Part shown: positions 48,147 through 59,666 of the stretch, piece after piece
How the letters are laid out: every line of letters begins with the position of its first letter
How positions within the stretch are numbered: position 1 is the first letter of the stretch
Assembly (NCBI GenBank): GCA_963701295.1
Contig: OY969585.1
Location: forward strand, 64,001 to 128,000
DNA length: 64,000 nucleotides
Source: Ignavibacteriota bacterium
GTDB lineage: Bacteria; Bacteroidota; Ignavibacteria; UBA10030
Direction: 5' to 3'
Notes under the pieces: generated by a model
What the model was told of the DNA's origin: nothing
Seen by the model: only the letters and a program-made list of their open reading frames with translations
Databases searched by the model: none
Program-made: the position numbers and the translations under genes

Positions 48147-48824
48147 ATGGAACGTCATTTTCAAAAAGAATTAGAAAGCCTTAAGACCTCACTCGTCAAA
48201 ATGGGAAGTGTGGTGGAAGAAAATATTGCGATAGCAATTCGTTCAGTGATGGAGAAGAATCAAGAACTGGCGCTCAAAGTCATCGAAGCAGACACACGAG
48301 TCGATGCTCTTGAGATCGAAATCGACAATGCCATCGTTGATTTACTTGCCTTGCAGCAGCCTGTAGCAAGCGACTTGAGATTTATTCTAGCTGCATTAAA
48401 AATTAATAACGATTTGGAACGCATTGGCGACCATGCTGTGAACATCGCTCAGGCGGCACAAGTACTCTGTTCGCTCCCCAACGCAGAGTTACTAGACGAA
48501 ATTCCTAAAATGGCAGATATCACAAGGACAATGTTGAAAGAAGCGATCGACAGCTTCATCCTTCTCGATCCTGTGAAAGCACGTATTGTTTTAAAAACCG
48601 ACGACCAGATCGATGATCTCAACCGAATAGTCATACGAAAAGTCATTGAATTGCTGAAGACCAACAAACAGACTGCCGAATGCGGGCTGGAAGTAAGCCT
48701 TGTGAGCAGAAACATGGAACGTGTTGCCGATTTAGCGACGAACATTGCCGAAGAAGTTATCTTCCATACACAGGCACGCGTCGTCAAACATCATGCAGAG
48801 GAAAAAAAGAAACCAGTTTCATAA
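48147..48824 (+). CDS. phoU: Phosphate signalling protein PhoU (second copy)
   Basis: QQPVASDLR, DLERIGDHAVNIA; GAGGAG RBS. Confidence 0.96.
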   Translation: MERHFQKELESLKTSLVKMGSVVEENIAIAIRSVMEKNQELALKVIEADTRVDALEIEIDNAIVDLLALQQPVASDLRFILAALKINNDLERIGDHAVNIAQAAQVLCSLPNAELLDEIPKMADITRTMLKEAIDSFILLDPVKARIVLKTDDQIDDLNRIVIRKVIELLKTNKQTAECGLEVSLVSRNMERVADLATNIAEEVIFHTQARVVKHHAEEKKKPVS

Positions 48825-48896
48825 TATTCTTGTTCATAGAATACGAAATCTTGCAGCAACGGTACTTCGAGATTCTTCTTCCTCTCATCGACGTAT

Positions 48897-51722
48897 CTAA
48901 ATCTCATTCTTCGGCGGATTATTCTTCTCTTGCATCTTCGCCATAAGTTGCGGATACAATTTTTGCGCACACTCTGGACAAACGCCATGACTAAATGTAG
49001 CTTCCGAGTGCTCATTGATGTACTCTTCCAACTGGTTCCAGTATCCTTTATCATCACGTATTTTCTTACAGCTTGCACAAATTAGAATAAGGCCATTCAA
49101 CACTTTGATTTTGGCTAAAGCTTCATCAACACTTTTTATTAGTTCTTCTTTACGCTTGAGGAGTTGTCTTACACGCAGACGATACACACCAAAACCGGCT
49201 CCAATAAAAGCAACGATCACTAATCCATAGAACCATATTGTTTTCCAAAAAGGAGGAGTGATGATAATTCGAATAGAAGTTCCCTTATCATTCCATACGC
49301 CTTGATTATTAGAAGCTTTGACACGAAATGTGTATGTCCCTCCCGACAAATTCGTATATGTTACGAAACGCCTATCCGCATCCGTATAATTCCATTCTTT
49401 CTCAAATCCTTCCATCATATATGCATAGGAATTTCCCTTTGGTGAAACATAATGAAGGCCTGCAAATTCAAAAGAAAAAACATTCTCTTTATAGGAAAGA
49501 TGAACCTCGTCGCACTCTGAGATGGAACGTTGAAGAATTGTGCGTCCGTCAATTCCCTTACCTATTGGAACAGGTTTATTAAAGATTTGAAAATCGGTGA
49601 TCACAACTGATGGGCGAGATGTATCAACACGGATACTGTCTGGGTGAAAAATATTGAAACCATTCGTGCCGCCAAAAATCATCTCTCCGCTTTTAAGCTT
49701 ACAACAGGCATTTGTTGCAAACTCATTGCTTTGAAGTCCATTACTCTGATAGTAATTCTTAAATTTAATTGTGCGAGGATCAAGTTTAGATAATCCATGA
49801 TTGGTGCCGATCCAGAGATTGCCATGATCATCTTCAAGTATTCCTTGTACACTGTTGTCTGGTAACCCGTCACTTTCGAAATACTGATGGAAAGTTTCGG
49901 TATTTTGATCAAATTTATTGAGACCGTTTGATGTGCCTAACCAAATTGCACCGATGCGATCTTCATGGAGACATATAACTTTATCATCGCTTATACTGTT
50001 GGAATCTCGACTATCAGACCGATAATGGAAGAATATTCCTTTTTCAGGATCAAAACGTTCCACCCCCTTGAACAGGGTTCCAATCCAAAAACTACCCGAA
50101 GAAACCTCACACAATGTCCAAACACAATTGTCGCTTATACTCTTCGAGTCATTTTGATCGTGAACATATCGAGTAAATTCTCCCTTTTCATAATCGAATC
50201 GATTTATGCCGCCGCCAAAGGTTCCTACCCACAAATTTCCTACTCGGTCCTCGCAAATTCTCCATATAAAATTATTACTTAAACTATGAGGATTATTGTT
50301 ATCCAATTGATAATGGATGAATTTCCCTTTCTTCCGATCAAAATAATCCAAACCATTATCTGTGCCGATCCATAATTTATTGTATCTATCTTCGTATATA
50401 CTTCGAACCACATCATTGCTCAGACTATTAGAATTGTTCGGAATATGAATATAGTGCGTAAATTGATTTTTCCCCCGGTCTAAACAATCTAAACCTCCTC
50501 CATCAGTTCCTATCCAAATCATTCCCTGGCGATCTTCGTAAACAGCATGGACCGTATTCTTACACAAGCTGTTTACATCATTGGGATGATTTCTATAAAG
50601 TTTGAATTGTCTTTTACCCATATTATATTTATTGATTCCATTATAACTCGTTCCTACCCATAGTATGCCCAACTTATCTTCAAAGATTGAAAGCACCGAA
50701 TTACCGCTAAGGCTTGCAGGATCTTGAGGATTGTTTCGATAATGAACAAATTTATCATTGATCCCAACTTTTGAACCAGCAACAAATTTATCAAGTCCTC
50801 CACCATCGGTACCGATCCAGAGATTTCCGTCATGATCTTCGATAATAGATCTGACAATATTGTGACTTAAACTATTAGGTTTGTTCGGATTGTTCTGATA
50901 ATGGACAAATTGCTTCTTTTGAGGATCAAACCGATTCAATCCACCGCCCCATGTCCCTACCCACAGATTCCCTACATGGTCTTCGCAGATTCTCGATGAG
51001 CCATTTATACTGTGAGGATTATCAGGATCATTTTGATAGCAGGTGAATTCTCCTTTCTTTCGGTCAAAATAATTCAATCCGTCATCAGTGCCAACCCAAA
51101 GACGTCCGTGCCTATCCTCAAGAATCGATAATACATTATTCTGTCTCAGACTTTTGGGGTTACTCGGATTACATTTGTAATGTATAAATTTTTCTTTTTT
51201 CCTGTCAAACTGATCGAGACCTCCTCCTTGTGTACCTATCCAAAGTGTTCCCGACCGATCTTCGTAAATAGATCGAACAAAGTTAGTACTTAAGCTATTC
51301 GGATCATTCAGATTATTTTTGTAATGAATAAATTTTTCTTCTTCTCTATCAAAGCGATTAAGTCCATCTTCCGTTCCAACCCAAAACGTACCCAAGTGAT
51401 CCTCTATAATAGATTCAACACTATTATTGCTCAGGCTAAACGGGTTTTTAGGATCGTTTTTATATACCTTAAAAGTATATCCATCATAACGATTGAGACC
51501 TGCATAAGTACCAAACCATAAAAAACCCTTGCTGTCTTGACAGATGCTTAATATCGAACTCTGGGATAGCCCGGATTCAGTCGATATCCTTTCAAATTGA
51601 ATTTCATCCGTCTGAGAATAGGATCGGGGGGCAAAGAATATTATTGTAATGTTCAATGCAATAGCCAGTCTATATATTGCATTTTTCATTTTCATTCTTT
51701 CTATAGTGAAAATGAATATCAA
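48897..51722 (-). CDS. Membrane sensor: Reg_prop beta-propellers + Y_Y_Y + TM + Cys-rich C-terminal domain
   Basis: Repeated ED..G.LWIGT.GGL blades, YTNL..GTYTFRVKASN, PPFWKT TM, tail CASC...SHGVCPEC; start likely ~51695. Confidence 0.9.
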   Translation of the reverse strand: MIFIFTIERMKMKNAIYRLAIALNITIIFFAPRSYSQTDEIQFERISTESGLSQSSILSICQDSKGFLWFGTYAGLNRYDGYTFKVYKNDPKNPFSLSNNSVESIIEDHLGTFWVGTEDGLNRFDREEEKFIHYKNNLNDPNSLSTNFVRSIYEDRSGTLWIGTQGGGLDQFDRKKEKFIHYKCNPSNPKSLRQNNVLSILEDRHGRLWVGTDDGLNYFDRKKGEFTCYQNDPDNPHSINGSSRICEDHVGNLWVGTWGGGLNRFDPQKKQFVHYQNNPNKPNSLSHNIVRSIIEDHDGNLWIGTDGGGLDKFVAGSKVGINDKFVHYRNNPQDPASLSGNSVLSIFEDKLGILWVGTSYNGINKYNMGKRQFKLYRNHPNDVNSLCKNTVHAVYEDRQGMIWIGTDGGGLDCLDRGKNQFTHYIHIPNNSNSLSNDVVRSIYEDRYNKLWIGTDNGLDYFDRKKGKFIHYQLDNNNPHSLSNNFIWRICEDRVGNLWVGTFGGGINRFDYEKGEFTRYVHDQNDSKSISDNCVWTLCEVSSGSFWIGTLFKGVERFDPEKGIFFHYRSDSRDSNSISDDKVICLHEDRIGAIWLGTSNGLNKFDQNTETFHQYFESDGLPDNSVQGILEDDHGNLWIGTNHGLSKLDPRTIKFKNYYQSNGLQSNEFATNACCKLKSGEMIFGGTNGFNIFHPDSIRVDTSRPSVVITDFQIFNKPVPIGKGIDGRTILQRSISECDEVHLSYKENVFSFEFAGLHYVSPKGNSYAYMMEGFEKEWNYTDADRRFVTYTNLSGGTYTFRVKASNNQGVWNDKGTSIRIIITPPFWKTIWFYGLVIVAFIGAGFGVYRLRVRQLLKRKEELIKSVDEALAKIKVLNGLILICASCKKIRDDKGYWNQLEEYINEHSEATFSHGVCPECAQKLYPQLMAKMQEKNNPPKNEI

Positions 51723-51804
51723 GAACAGAAAAAGAAAATAAATAGTGAAGAGAGGTTTTGGCTTATAATCATCGAAAATACTTCCTCCTTCATATTATAA
51801 CACC

Positions 51805-54800
51805 CTATTTTTTCTTCATATAGTCTGGATAGAGTTTTGCCGCACAGTCCGGACAAATGCTATGACTAAACTTGGCATCTGATCGATCTTGGATATACGA
51901 TTCGATTTGCGTCCAATATCCTTGATCATCACGGATCTTCTTGCAATTCGCACAAATCGGTACCAGCCCACTTAACAACTTTACATCAGCAAGGGCATCT
52001 TGAAGCTCGGTGATAAGACGTTCGCGTTCGACTTCTGCCTTTTTGCGTTCAGTGATGTCACGGCCAATACCAACCAGGCCATTAGTTTGACCTTTTTCAT
52101 CTCGTAATGGAAGCTTTGAAGTGACCAGCCAATGTTTTTGACCCTGTTCATCAATTACATATTCTTCTCTGTTGATCACCGGCTGACCGGTTTGAATCAC
52201 TGTTCGGTCGTCAGCAATAAAACCTTCTGCTAATTCCTTCGGAAATAAATCGAAGTCGTCCTTTCCGAGTACGTCCGCTTCCAATTTAAGACCCATATTG
52301 TGGATATCTGCCAGGTTAGCGATAGTTTTTCGGCATTGAATATCTTTCACATAAATTGCATCCGGGATATTATCAATTAATGTTCGAAGAAGGTTGCGCT
52401 CTTTTGTAAGGGCTGCTTCCATTCGTTTTTGTGCTGCAAGATCTCTGGCTTGCGCTCGCCACCTGTAAATCCAAAAGATAATGCCTGTTATAACGACAAA
52501 CAGTATAAATCTGAACCAAAGAGTATGCCAGAATGGGGGTGTGATGAAGATTTTCAGCGAGACACCTTTTTCATTCCAAACCCCATCGTTATTGCTTGCT
52601 TTTATCCTGAAAGTGTATTCGCCCGGGTTTAAATTCGTATATGTCGCTATTCGGTTATGAGCACTTGTAGTATGCCATCGATCATCGAATCCTTTCAATG
52701 TGTAGGTATATTTGTTTTTTTCAGGATTTGTAAAATCTAATGCAGTAAACTCGATAGAAAAAAAGTCCGCTTTATGAGACAAGATTATTGTGTCAGTTTC
52801 AGTGATTGATTTTTTAAAAATAATGTTGCCGTCAATCTCCTGTCCAACAGTTATCGAATTGTTGTAAATCTTAAAATCTGATAATACTATCTGAGGGGGA
52901 ATACTATTGGTTGTTAAACTCTTTGGATCGAAAATATTAAACCCATTCGGCCCTCCAAATAACAACTTTCCATCTGTTGATTGGCAGTTGGCGTTAGAGA
53001 AAGCATAATCTTGCAGCCCATCGGTATAATCATAGGTATGGAAGGATTTAGTTTTTGGATTAAATTTTAAAATCCCGTTTGTTGTGCTTACCCATAAATT
53101 GTAATCATTATCTTCCAATATTGCTTTAATACTCATATCCGGCAATCCGTCTTTATCAGAGAAAGCAGTAAACTCATTTGTTTTCATATCTAGTTTATTC
53201 AGGCCCCAACCATCACTGCCAAACCACATATTGCCTTCATGATCTTCGAAAATACAAAATATATTATCATTACTGAGACTATTATGATCATTCATGTGTC
53301 TGTAATGATTAAATTTTATTTTGGGAAAAGATTTGTTGAAATCATAATCGTTTAATTTTACCATTTCCAGTCCTGAGGAAGTAGCAATCCAAATATAATG
53401 GCGGCTGTCTTCAAATATAGTGGTTGTATATTTTTCGACAAAACTATCAGGATCGTTTGGGTCATTTTTATAATGATAAAACCGGTTTGTTTTCCGGTCA
53501 TATAAATCCAATGTTCCATTCAGCCCTGCTGCCCACAGATTATGTTTGCTATCTTCCAATAAAGCCCAAACATTATTATCGATTAGACTATACTTATTGT
53601 TCGGATCATGTATAAATCGAATAAATTTATTCTCTTTTCTTTTATAACAATTGATGCCATGAGCATACGTGCCAACCCAGACGTTATCTTCAAAATCTTT
53701 AGCAAGGCAAACAACAGCGTTGCCGCTAATAGAATTTGGGTTACCGGGATTATTAAGAAAATGTTTGAACTTATTAGTTTTTTTATCCCAGAAATTCAAA
53801 CCGCCGCCATCCGTTCCAATCCAATATTTTTCATCTTTATCTTCAATAATTGAGGTTACAGATTTATTGCTCAAGCTGTTTTTATCAGAAGGATTAGGAG
53901 TGTGTAATCCGAAATTCGTTTTCTCCTCCTCATCCATATTCAAACCTGCATTAGAAGTGGCTACCCAAATTATTCCAGACCTGTCTTCAAAAGTTAGATT
54001 GATTCCATCGCTGCTAAGTGAGTTTGGGTTTGTTGTTTCATATTTACAATAATCAAATAACTCTGTCTTTTTATTATAAAGTGAAATACCGCCGCCATCG
54101 GTACTAATCCAAAAAATTCCGTCTTTATCCTGCCTGATGTGGTTTATAATGTTAGCAGATACTGAATTTTTCTTCGGTACGTTTATATATTGTTTGAAAA
54201 CATTATGATTTTTATCCCACGAAATTAAACCCGCACCGGACGAACCAAACCAATATAAACCGTCAGTATCTTCCAAAAACATAGACATCCTGCTTGCTTG
54301 TTTTTCTATATTGGGAATTAAGATTGGATAATGTTCATAATTACCAGTTTGTGGATTGAATCTATCAATTATTTTATTGCTCGCGCTAATCCAGATATTG
54401 GAATGTTTATCTTCATAAGCGCCATAAATTACATTTCCACTAATACTATTCGGATTATCATTGTTGTGTTCATATCGTTTAAAAACAGATTTTGCTTTAC
54501 TAAAATCGGTACCATCATTGACCGGTAATGTCCAGATGCCTTCCGAAAATGTACCTAACCATAGAACTCCTTTTGAATCACAGAAAATACTAGTGAAGTG
54601 GTTGCCGTTCTCATTCGCATAAATAGATTTGAACCTTTCTTTCTTTTTATCGAACATAGTAAGCCCGGTGGAGAAATAATCCAAATCCTGTCATTATTAT
54701 CTTCAGCGAAAAATTGTATTCCGTTTGAAATCGTAGCAGGATCACTTTCTACAGGTTTATATGCTTTAAATTGATAACCGTCATAACGAAATAATCCATT

Positions 54801-54992
54801 CCATGTTCCTATCCATAAAAAACCATGTTTATCCTGCGAAATTGCATTGATATAATTATTTGTAAGTCCCTGTTCCTTAGAAAATTTCTTAAACTCTATA
54901 TTTCTATTTTGTCCGAAACCATTATTCAAAGTAATGATAAGAATAATGAAAATGCTAAGGACTTTAATAATCCGAAAAGATTTCATGCTCAT
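51805..54992 (-). pseudogene. Membrane sensor: propellers + Y_Y_Y + TM + PAS + Cys-rich domain; frameshift near 54667-54676
   Basis: ORF 54555..54992 supplies signal peptide and first blades, 51805..54684 the rest; one missing base joins WIIS.TGLTMFD. Confidence 0.82.
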
Positions 54993-55165
54993 CCTTCATG
55001 GATGATACTAGGTATGAAGTTCTTCGCTATTCTTCTCAATTTATTCCTGCTGCTCGATGAAAAGATTGTTTGCCTTTTTCAGATCTTCACTCCACGAGCA
55101 AAGTTCTTTGCCACTAATATATATATAGCAACAATAAATCAATTTTTGCTCTAAGGCAACATCCC

Positions 55166-55330
55166 CTATGAATCTTCCTTTTGTGTAAAATCCGGATACA
55201 GTTTCTTCATACAATCAGGACAGATACCATGGGTGAAACGAGCCTGTGATCGCTCTTGAATATACGCTTCAACTTGAGTCCAGTATCCTTTATCATCACG
55301 AATCTGTTTACAATTTGCACAGATAGGAAA
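55166..55330 (-). pseudogene. Isolated Cys-rich C-terminal domain (gene remnant or stand-alone module)
   Basis: PICANCKQIRDDKGYW...FTHGICPDCMKKLYP closely matches the tail of 59667..62300; upstream ORF residues are non-homologous. Confidence 0.65.
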
Positions 55331-55418
55331 ATGAGAATATCCTATCACTTGTTTCAATCCATTGAAATACGCGTTGTGAAGCACCATGCGGAAGAGAAAC
55401 ACTAGCATTTCTGATATA

Positions 55419-58400
55419 CTATTTTTTCTTCATATAGTCTGGATAGAGTTTTGCCGCACAGTCCGGACAAATGCTATGACTAAACTTGGCATCTGATCGA
55501 TCCTGGATATACGATTCGATTTGCGTCCAATACCCTTGGTCATCACGGATCTTCTTGCAATTCGCACAAATCGGTACCAATCCACTTAACAACTTTACAT
55601 CAGCAAGTGCATCTTGAAGCTGTGCGATGAGCTTCTCACGCTCAGCTTCAGCTTTTTTTTGTTCAGTGATGTCATGGCTAACACCAACCAGACCGATAGT
55701 TTGACCTTTTTCATCTCGTAATGGAAGCTTTGAAGTGACCAACCAACGTTTCTGACCCTGTTTATCAATTACATATTCTTCTCTGTTGATCACCGGCTGT
55801 CCGGTTTGTATCACTGTTTGGTCGTCAGCAACAAAGCCTTCTGCTAGTTCTTTCGAAAATAATTCAAAGTCGTCTTTCCCTAAAGCTTCAGCCTCTGATT
55901 GCAGACCCATGTTGTGCACATCGGCTAAGTTGGCGACGGTCTTGCGGGAGGCTGTGTCTTTTACATAAATTGCATCAGGAATATTATCAATGAGTGTCCG
56001 AAGAAGGTTGCGCTCGCGTTGCAATGACTCCTGCGCCCTCATAAGGTCGCTGATTTCGCGCGAGATCCCCACGAGCCCCACGATTTGACCACTGTCATCG
56101 CGCATCGGGACTTTTGTGGTCCAAGTCCAAATGGTCTGTCCGTCCTCCAATTGCCTGCTCTCAATGAGGCCTATGATCGGTTCGCCTGATTCCATCATTC
56201 GCTGTTCAATTTCTATTGACTTTCGGCCATGCTCCTCGCCCCACAGGTCTATATCGGTCTTTCCGACGATCTGACTCATATCGTCCACATTCAGGTCTCG
56301 CATTTCTTTACGGTTCATTCTAATATGACGGCACTGCCGGTCTTTAAAGTAAATACTATCCGGGATGTTATCCATCAGTGCATCTAAAAGTGATTTTTCA
56401 TGTTTTAGTGCTTCCTCAATATGCTTTTGTTCTGTAATTTCTCGACCGACACCCACAAGACCAGTAATCTGACCCTGTTCATCCCGCAAGGGCAGCTTGG
56501 AGGTAAGCAACCAATGTCCTTTGCCCTCTTTGTCAATAAGAAATTCCTCCTTATTGAGCACCGGTTGACCAGTTTGGATAACCGATTGATCATCGGCACA
56601 GAAAGCTGCCGCTATATCTGACGGATAGATATCGTAATCATTCTTTCCCAACACTTCAGCTTCTGATTGTGCACCCATATTGCGAACATCCGCTGCATTA
56701 GCGACGGTCTTGCAACATTTAGTGTCTTTCACATATACCGCATCCGGTAGATTATCGATCAATGTCCGAATAAGATTGCGCTCTTGAGTAAGGGCTGCAT
56801 CCATCCGTTTTTCTGCTGATAGGTCTCTTGCTTGCATACGCCACTTGTAGATCCAGAAAGCAATACTCCCAAGAACAATGAGGAGAAGTCCATAGAACCA
56901 AAATGTTTTCCAAAAAGGAGGAGTGATAATGATGCGAATAGAAGTTCCCTGATCATTCCATCTGCCTTGATTATTGGAAGCTTTGACACGAAATGTGTAC
57001 GTCCCTCCCGGCAAATTCGTGTACGTCACGAAACGCCTGTTTGCGTCCGTGTAATTCCATTCTTTATCAAATCCTTCCATCATATATGCATAGAGATTAC
57101 CCTTTGGTGAAGCATAATGAAGGCCTGCAAATTCAAAAGAAAAAACATTCTCTTTATAGGAAAGATGAATTTCATTACAGTCTGATATGGATTTTGCAAG
57201 AATTGTGCGTCCTTCTGCATTCTCACCTATAGCGACAGGCTTATTAAAGATTTGAAAATCGGTAACCACTACCCTTGGAAGGGATGGATCATCTATAATA
57301 CTGTCCGGATTAAAAATATTGAAACCATGGACTCCGCCAAAGATCATCTCACCGCTCCGGCTTCTAAAGCAGGCATTCGCACTAAATTCATTGCCTTGCA
57401 GTCCATAATTTTCAAAATAGCTTTTAAAGTTACCGGTACTGGGATTATATTTTGATAAACCATGATTGGTACTGATCCAGAGATTGCCATGATCGTCTTC
57501 CAGTATTCCGTGTATGCTGTTGTTTGGTAATCCATCGCTTTCGTTATATCGATGAAAAGTTCCGGCATTTCGATCAAATTTATTGAGACCGTTCGATGTG
57601 CCTACCCAGAAAGCTCCTGCGCGACCTTCATAGAGACAAATGACTTTATTATCGCTTATGGTGTTGGAATCCCGATTATCAGACTGATAATGAAAGAATA
57701 TTCCTTTTTCAGTATCAAAACGGTACAAGCCTCCTGTAAGGGTTCCAATCCAAAAAATATCGGAAGAATCTTCATGCATTGTCCAAATAAAACTGTCGCT
57801 TATACTCTTTGGGTCATTTTGATCATAATTATAACGAGTAAATTCACCCTTTGCATAATCGAATCGATTCAATCCTCCGCCAAAGGTTCCTACCCACAGA
57901 TTCCCTGCCCGGTCTTCGTAGATGCTCCATGCACTATTATTACTTATACTGTGAGGATTATTGGGATCATTTCGATAGCGGATGAATTTCCCTTCCTGTC
58001 TGTCAAAATAATTTAACCCATCATCTGTACCAATCCATAACCTATTGTGCCGATCTTCATAGACACTTCTGATCGTGTTATTACTCACACTGTAAGGATT
58101 CTGCGGATTATACACATAGTGCGTAAATCGATTTTTTTTTCGGTCTAAACGATCTAAACCTCCACCACCGGTTCCTATCCAGATCATTTCCTGGCTATCC
58201 TCGCAAATGGCATGGACCGTATTCTTAGACAAGCTGTTTATATCATTGGGACGATTTCTGTAAAGCACGAAATGTTTTTTGCCCGGATTATATTTATTGA
58301 TACCATTGAAATTTGTTCCTACCCACAGGATGCCCAACTGATCTTCAAATATTGAAAGCACCGAATTACCGCTCAGACTCGTAAGATCTTGAGGATCGTT

Positions 58401-59366
58401 TCGATAATGAATAAACAGATCATTGCCTCCAACTTTAGAACCAGCTACAAATTTATCGAGTCCCCCACCATCGGTACCTATCCAGAGATTTCCATTATGA
58501 TCTTCGTGAATGGATCTGACAATATTTTGATTTAAACTAGTAGGATCGTTCGGATTGTTCCGATAATGGACAAACCGATTCTTCTGAGGATCAAACCGAT
58601 TCAATCCGCCGCCCCATGTCCCTACCCACAGGTTCCCTGAGCGGTCTTCATAGATTCTCCATATACCAGTAGGACTGATACTGTGAGGATTTTGAGGATC
58701 ATTTACATAACGCGTGAATTCTTTTGTTTCCCTGTTAAAATAATTCAATCCGTAATCGGTGCCAATCCAAAGACGTCCATGCCTATCCTCGAGAATCGAT
58801 AATACATTATTCTGGCTCAGACTTTTGGAATTACTCGGATCATTTATGTAACGGATAAATTTTTCTTCTTTTCTGTCAAACTGATTGAGCCCTCCCCCCT
58901 GGGTGCCTACCCAAAGGGTTCCCGACCGGTCTTCATAAATAGATCGGACATAATTATTACTCAGACTGCCCGGATCATTCGGATTGTTTGTGTAGTGAGT
59001 AAACCGTTCTTTTTCCCGATCAAACCGATTGAGACCACCTTCCGTTCCAATCCAAAGTGTACCCAAATGATCTTCAATAATAGCCTCAACATTGTTTTTG
59101 CTCAGGCTAAATGGATTCTCAGGATCGTTTTTATATACCTTAAAAGTATACCCATCATACCGATTAAGACCTTCATAAGTCCCAAACCATAAAAACCCCT
59201 TGCTGTCTTGACAGATGCACAATACCGAACTCTGAGATAACCCTGATTCAATGGATATCCTTTCGAATTGAATCTCGTTCATTTGAGAATGGGATGGGGA
59301 AATCAGAAAAATAGCGGTTATGCCCCATAAGACAAACACCTTCGATAAATTAGTTTTCATATTCAC
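55419..59366 (-). CDS. Membrane sensor: propellers + Y_Y_Y + TM + 3 PAS + Cys-rich domain
   Basis: Same blade repeats; three LIDN.PD..Y.KD...GK.D...KLPLRD PAS/PAC units; tail CANC...SHSICPDC. Confidence 0.92.
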   Translation of the reverse strand: MNMKTNLSKVFVLWGITAIFLISPSHSQMNEIQFERISIESGLSQSSVLCICQDSKGFLWFGTYEGLNRYDGYTFKVYKNDPENPFSLSKNNVEAIIEDHLGTLWIGTEGGLNRFDREKERFTHYTNNPNDPGSLSNNYVRSIYEDRSGTLWVGTQGGGLNQFDRKEEKFIRYINDPSNSKSLSQNNVLSILEDRHGRLWIGTDYGLNYFNRETKEFTRYVNDPQNPHSISPTGIWRIYEDRSGNLWVGTWGGGLNRFDPQKNRFVHYRNNPNDPTSLNQNIVRSIHEDHNGNLWIGTDGGGLDKFVAGSKVGGNDLFIHYRNDPQDLTSLSGNSVLSIFEDQLGILWVGTNFNGINKYNPGKKHFVLYRNRPNDINSLSKNTVHAICEDSQEMIWIGTGGGGLDRLDRKKNRFTHYVYNPQNPYSVSNNTIRSVYEDRHNRLWIGTDDGLNYFDRQEGKFIRYRNDPNNPHSISNNSAWSIYEDRAGNLWVGTFGGGLNRFDYAKGEFTRYNYDQNDPKSISDSFIWTMHEDSSDIFWIGTLTGGLYRFDTEKGIFFHYQSDNRDSNTISDNKVICLYEGRAGAFWVGTSNGLNKFDRNAGTFHRYNESDGLPNNSIHGILEDDHGNLWISTNHGLSKYNPSTGNFKSYFENYGLQGNEFSANACFRSRSGEMIFGGVHGFNIFNPDSIIDDPSLPRVVVTDFQIFNKPVAIGENAEGRTILAKSISDCNEIHLSYKENVFSFEFAGLHYASPKGNLYAYMMEGFDKEWNYTDANRRFVTYTNLPGGTYTFRVKASNNQGRWNDQGTSIRIIITPPFWKTFWFYGLLLIVLGSIAFWIYKWRMQARDLSAEKRMDAALTQERNLIRTLIDNLPDAVYVKDTKCCKTVANAADVRNMGAQSEAEVLGKNDYDIYPSDIAAAFCADDQSVIQTGQPVLNKEEFLIDKEGKGHWLLTSKLPLRDEQGQITGLVGVGREITEQKHIEEALKHEKSLLDALMDNIPDSIYFKDRQCRHIRMNRKEMRDLNVDDMSQIVGKTDIDLWGEEHGRKSIEIEQRMMESGEPIIGLIESRQLEDGQTIWTWTTKVPMRDDSGQIVGLVGISREISDLMRAQESLQRERNLLRTLIDNIPDAIYVKDTASRKTVANLADVHNMGLQSEAEALGKDDFELFSKELAEGFVADDQTVIQTGQPVINREEYVIDKQGQKRWLVTSKLPLRDEKGQTIGLVGVSHDITEQKKAEAEREKLIAQLQDALADVKLLSGLVPICANCKKIRDDQGYWTQIESYIQDRSDAKFSHSICPDCAAKLYPDYMKKK
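56029..56768. repeat. Near-identical direct repeat, copy 1 (two PAS domains); copy 2 at 60664-61403
   Basis: Sequences align at constant offset 4635 with very few mismatches over about the first 590 bp. Confidence 0.9.
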
Positions 59367-59666
59367 TCTTTCGCTTATGATTGCGAGTATGACAGTTCCT
59401 CATATTTCATTCATTACTAAGATTGTAAAATAAGAATATCCGATCAATAGTTCCGATTTATTTAAATATGCATTATGAAGTATTCTAAAGACAAGCCTGT
59501 CTGATGTACTATTCTTTCATGTCAAAGACCGGATAAAGCTTTGCTGCACAATTTCCTATTCTACATTCCATGATCCTAATCTTACCGAAAAATCATTTGC
59601 CATCTTCGCTATTTAAGATGTTCACGGATTTCCGTTTTGCAATTTCATTTTCAAAGATAGTATTCT

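Noticed and set aside
9106-48787. Many long antisense ORFs (e.g. 9106..9603, 21388..21972, 40821..41327, 43943..44446)
   Set aside because: Shadow frames opposite well-supported genes, with no motifs or RBS
48897-59366. Periodic ~130-150-bp repeats suggesting a CRISPR or tandem array
   Set aside because: They are degenerate, in-frame beta-propeller blade codons, not identical repeats with unique spacers; no cas genes
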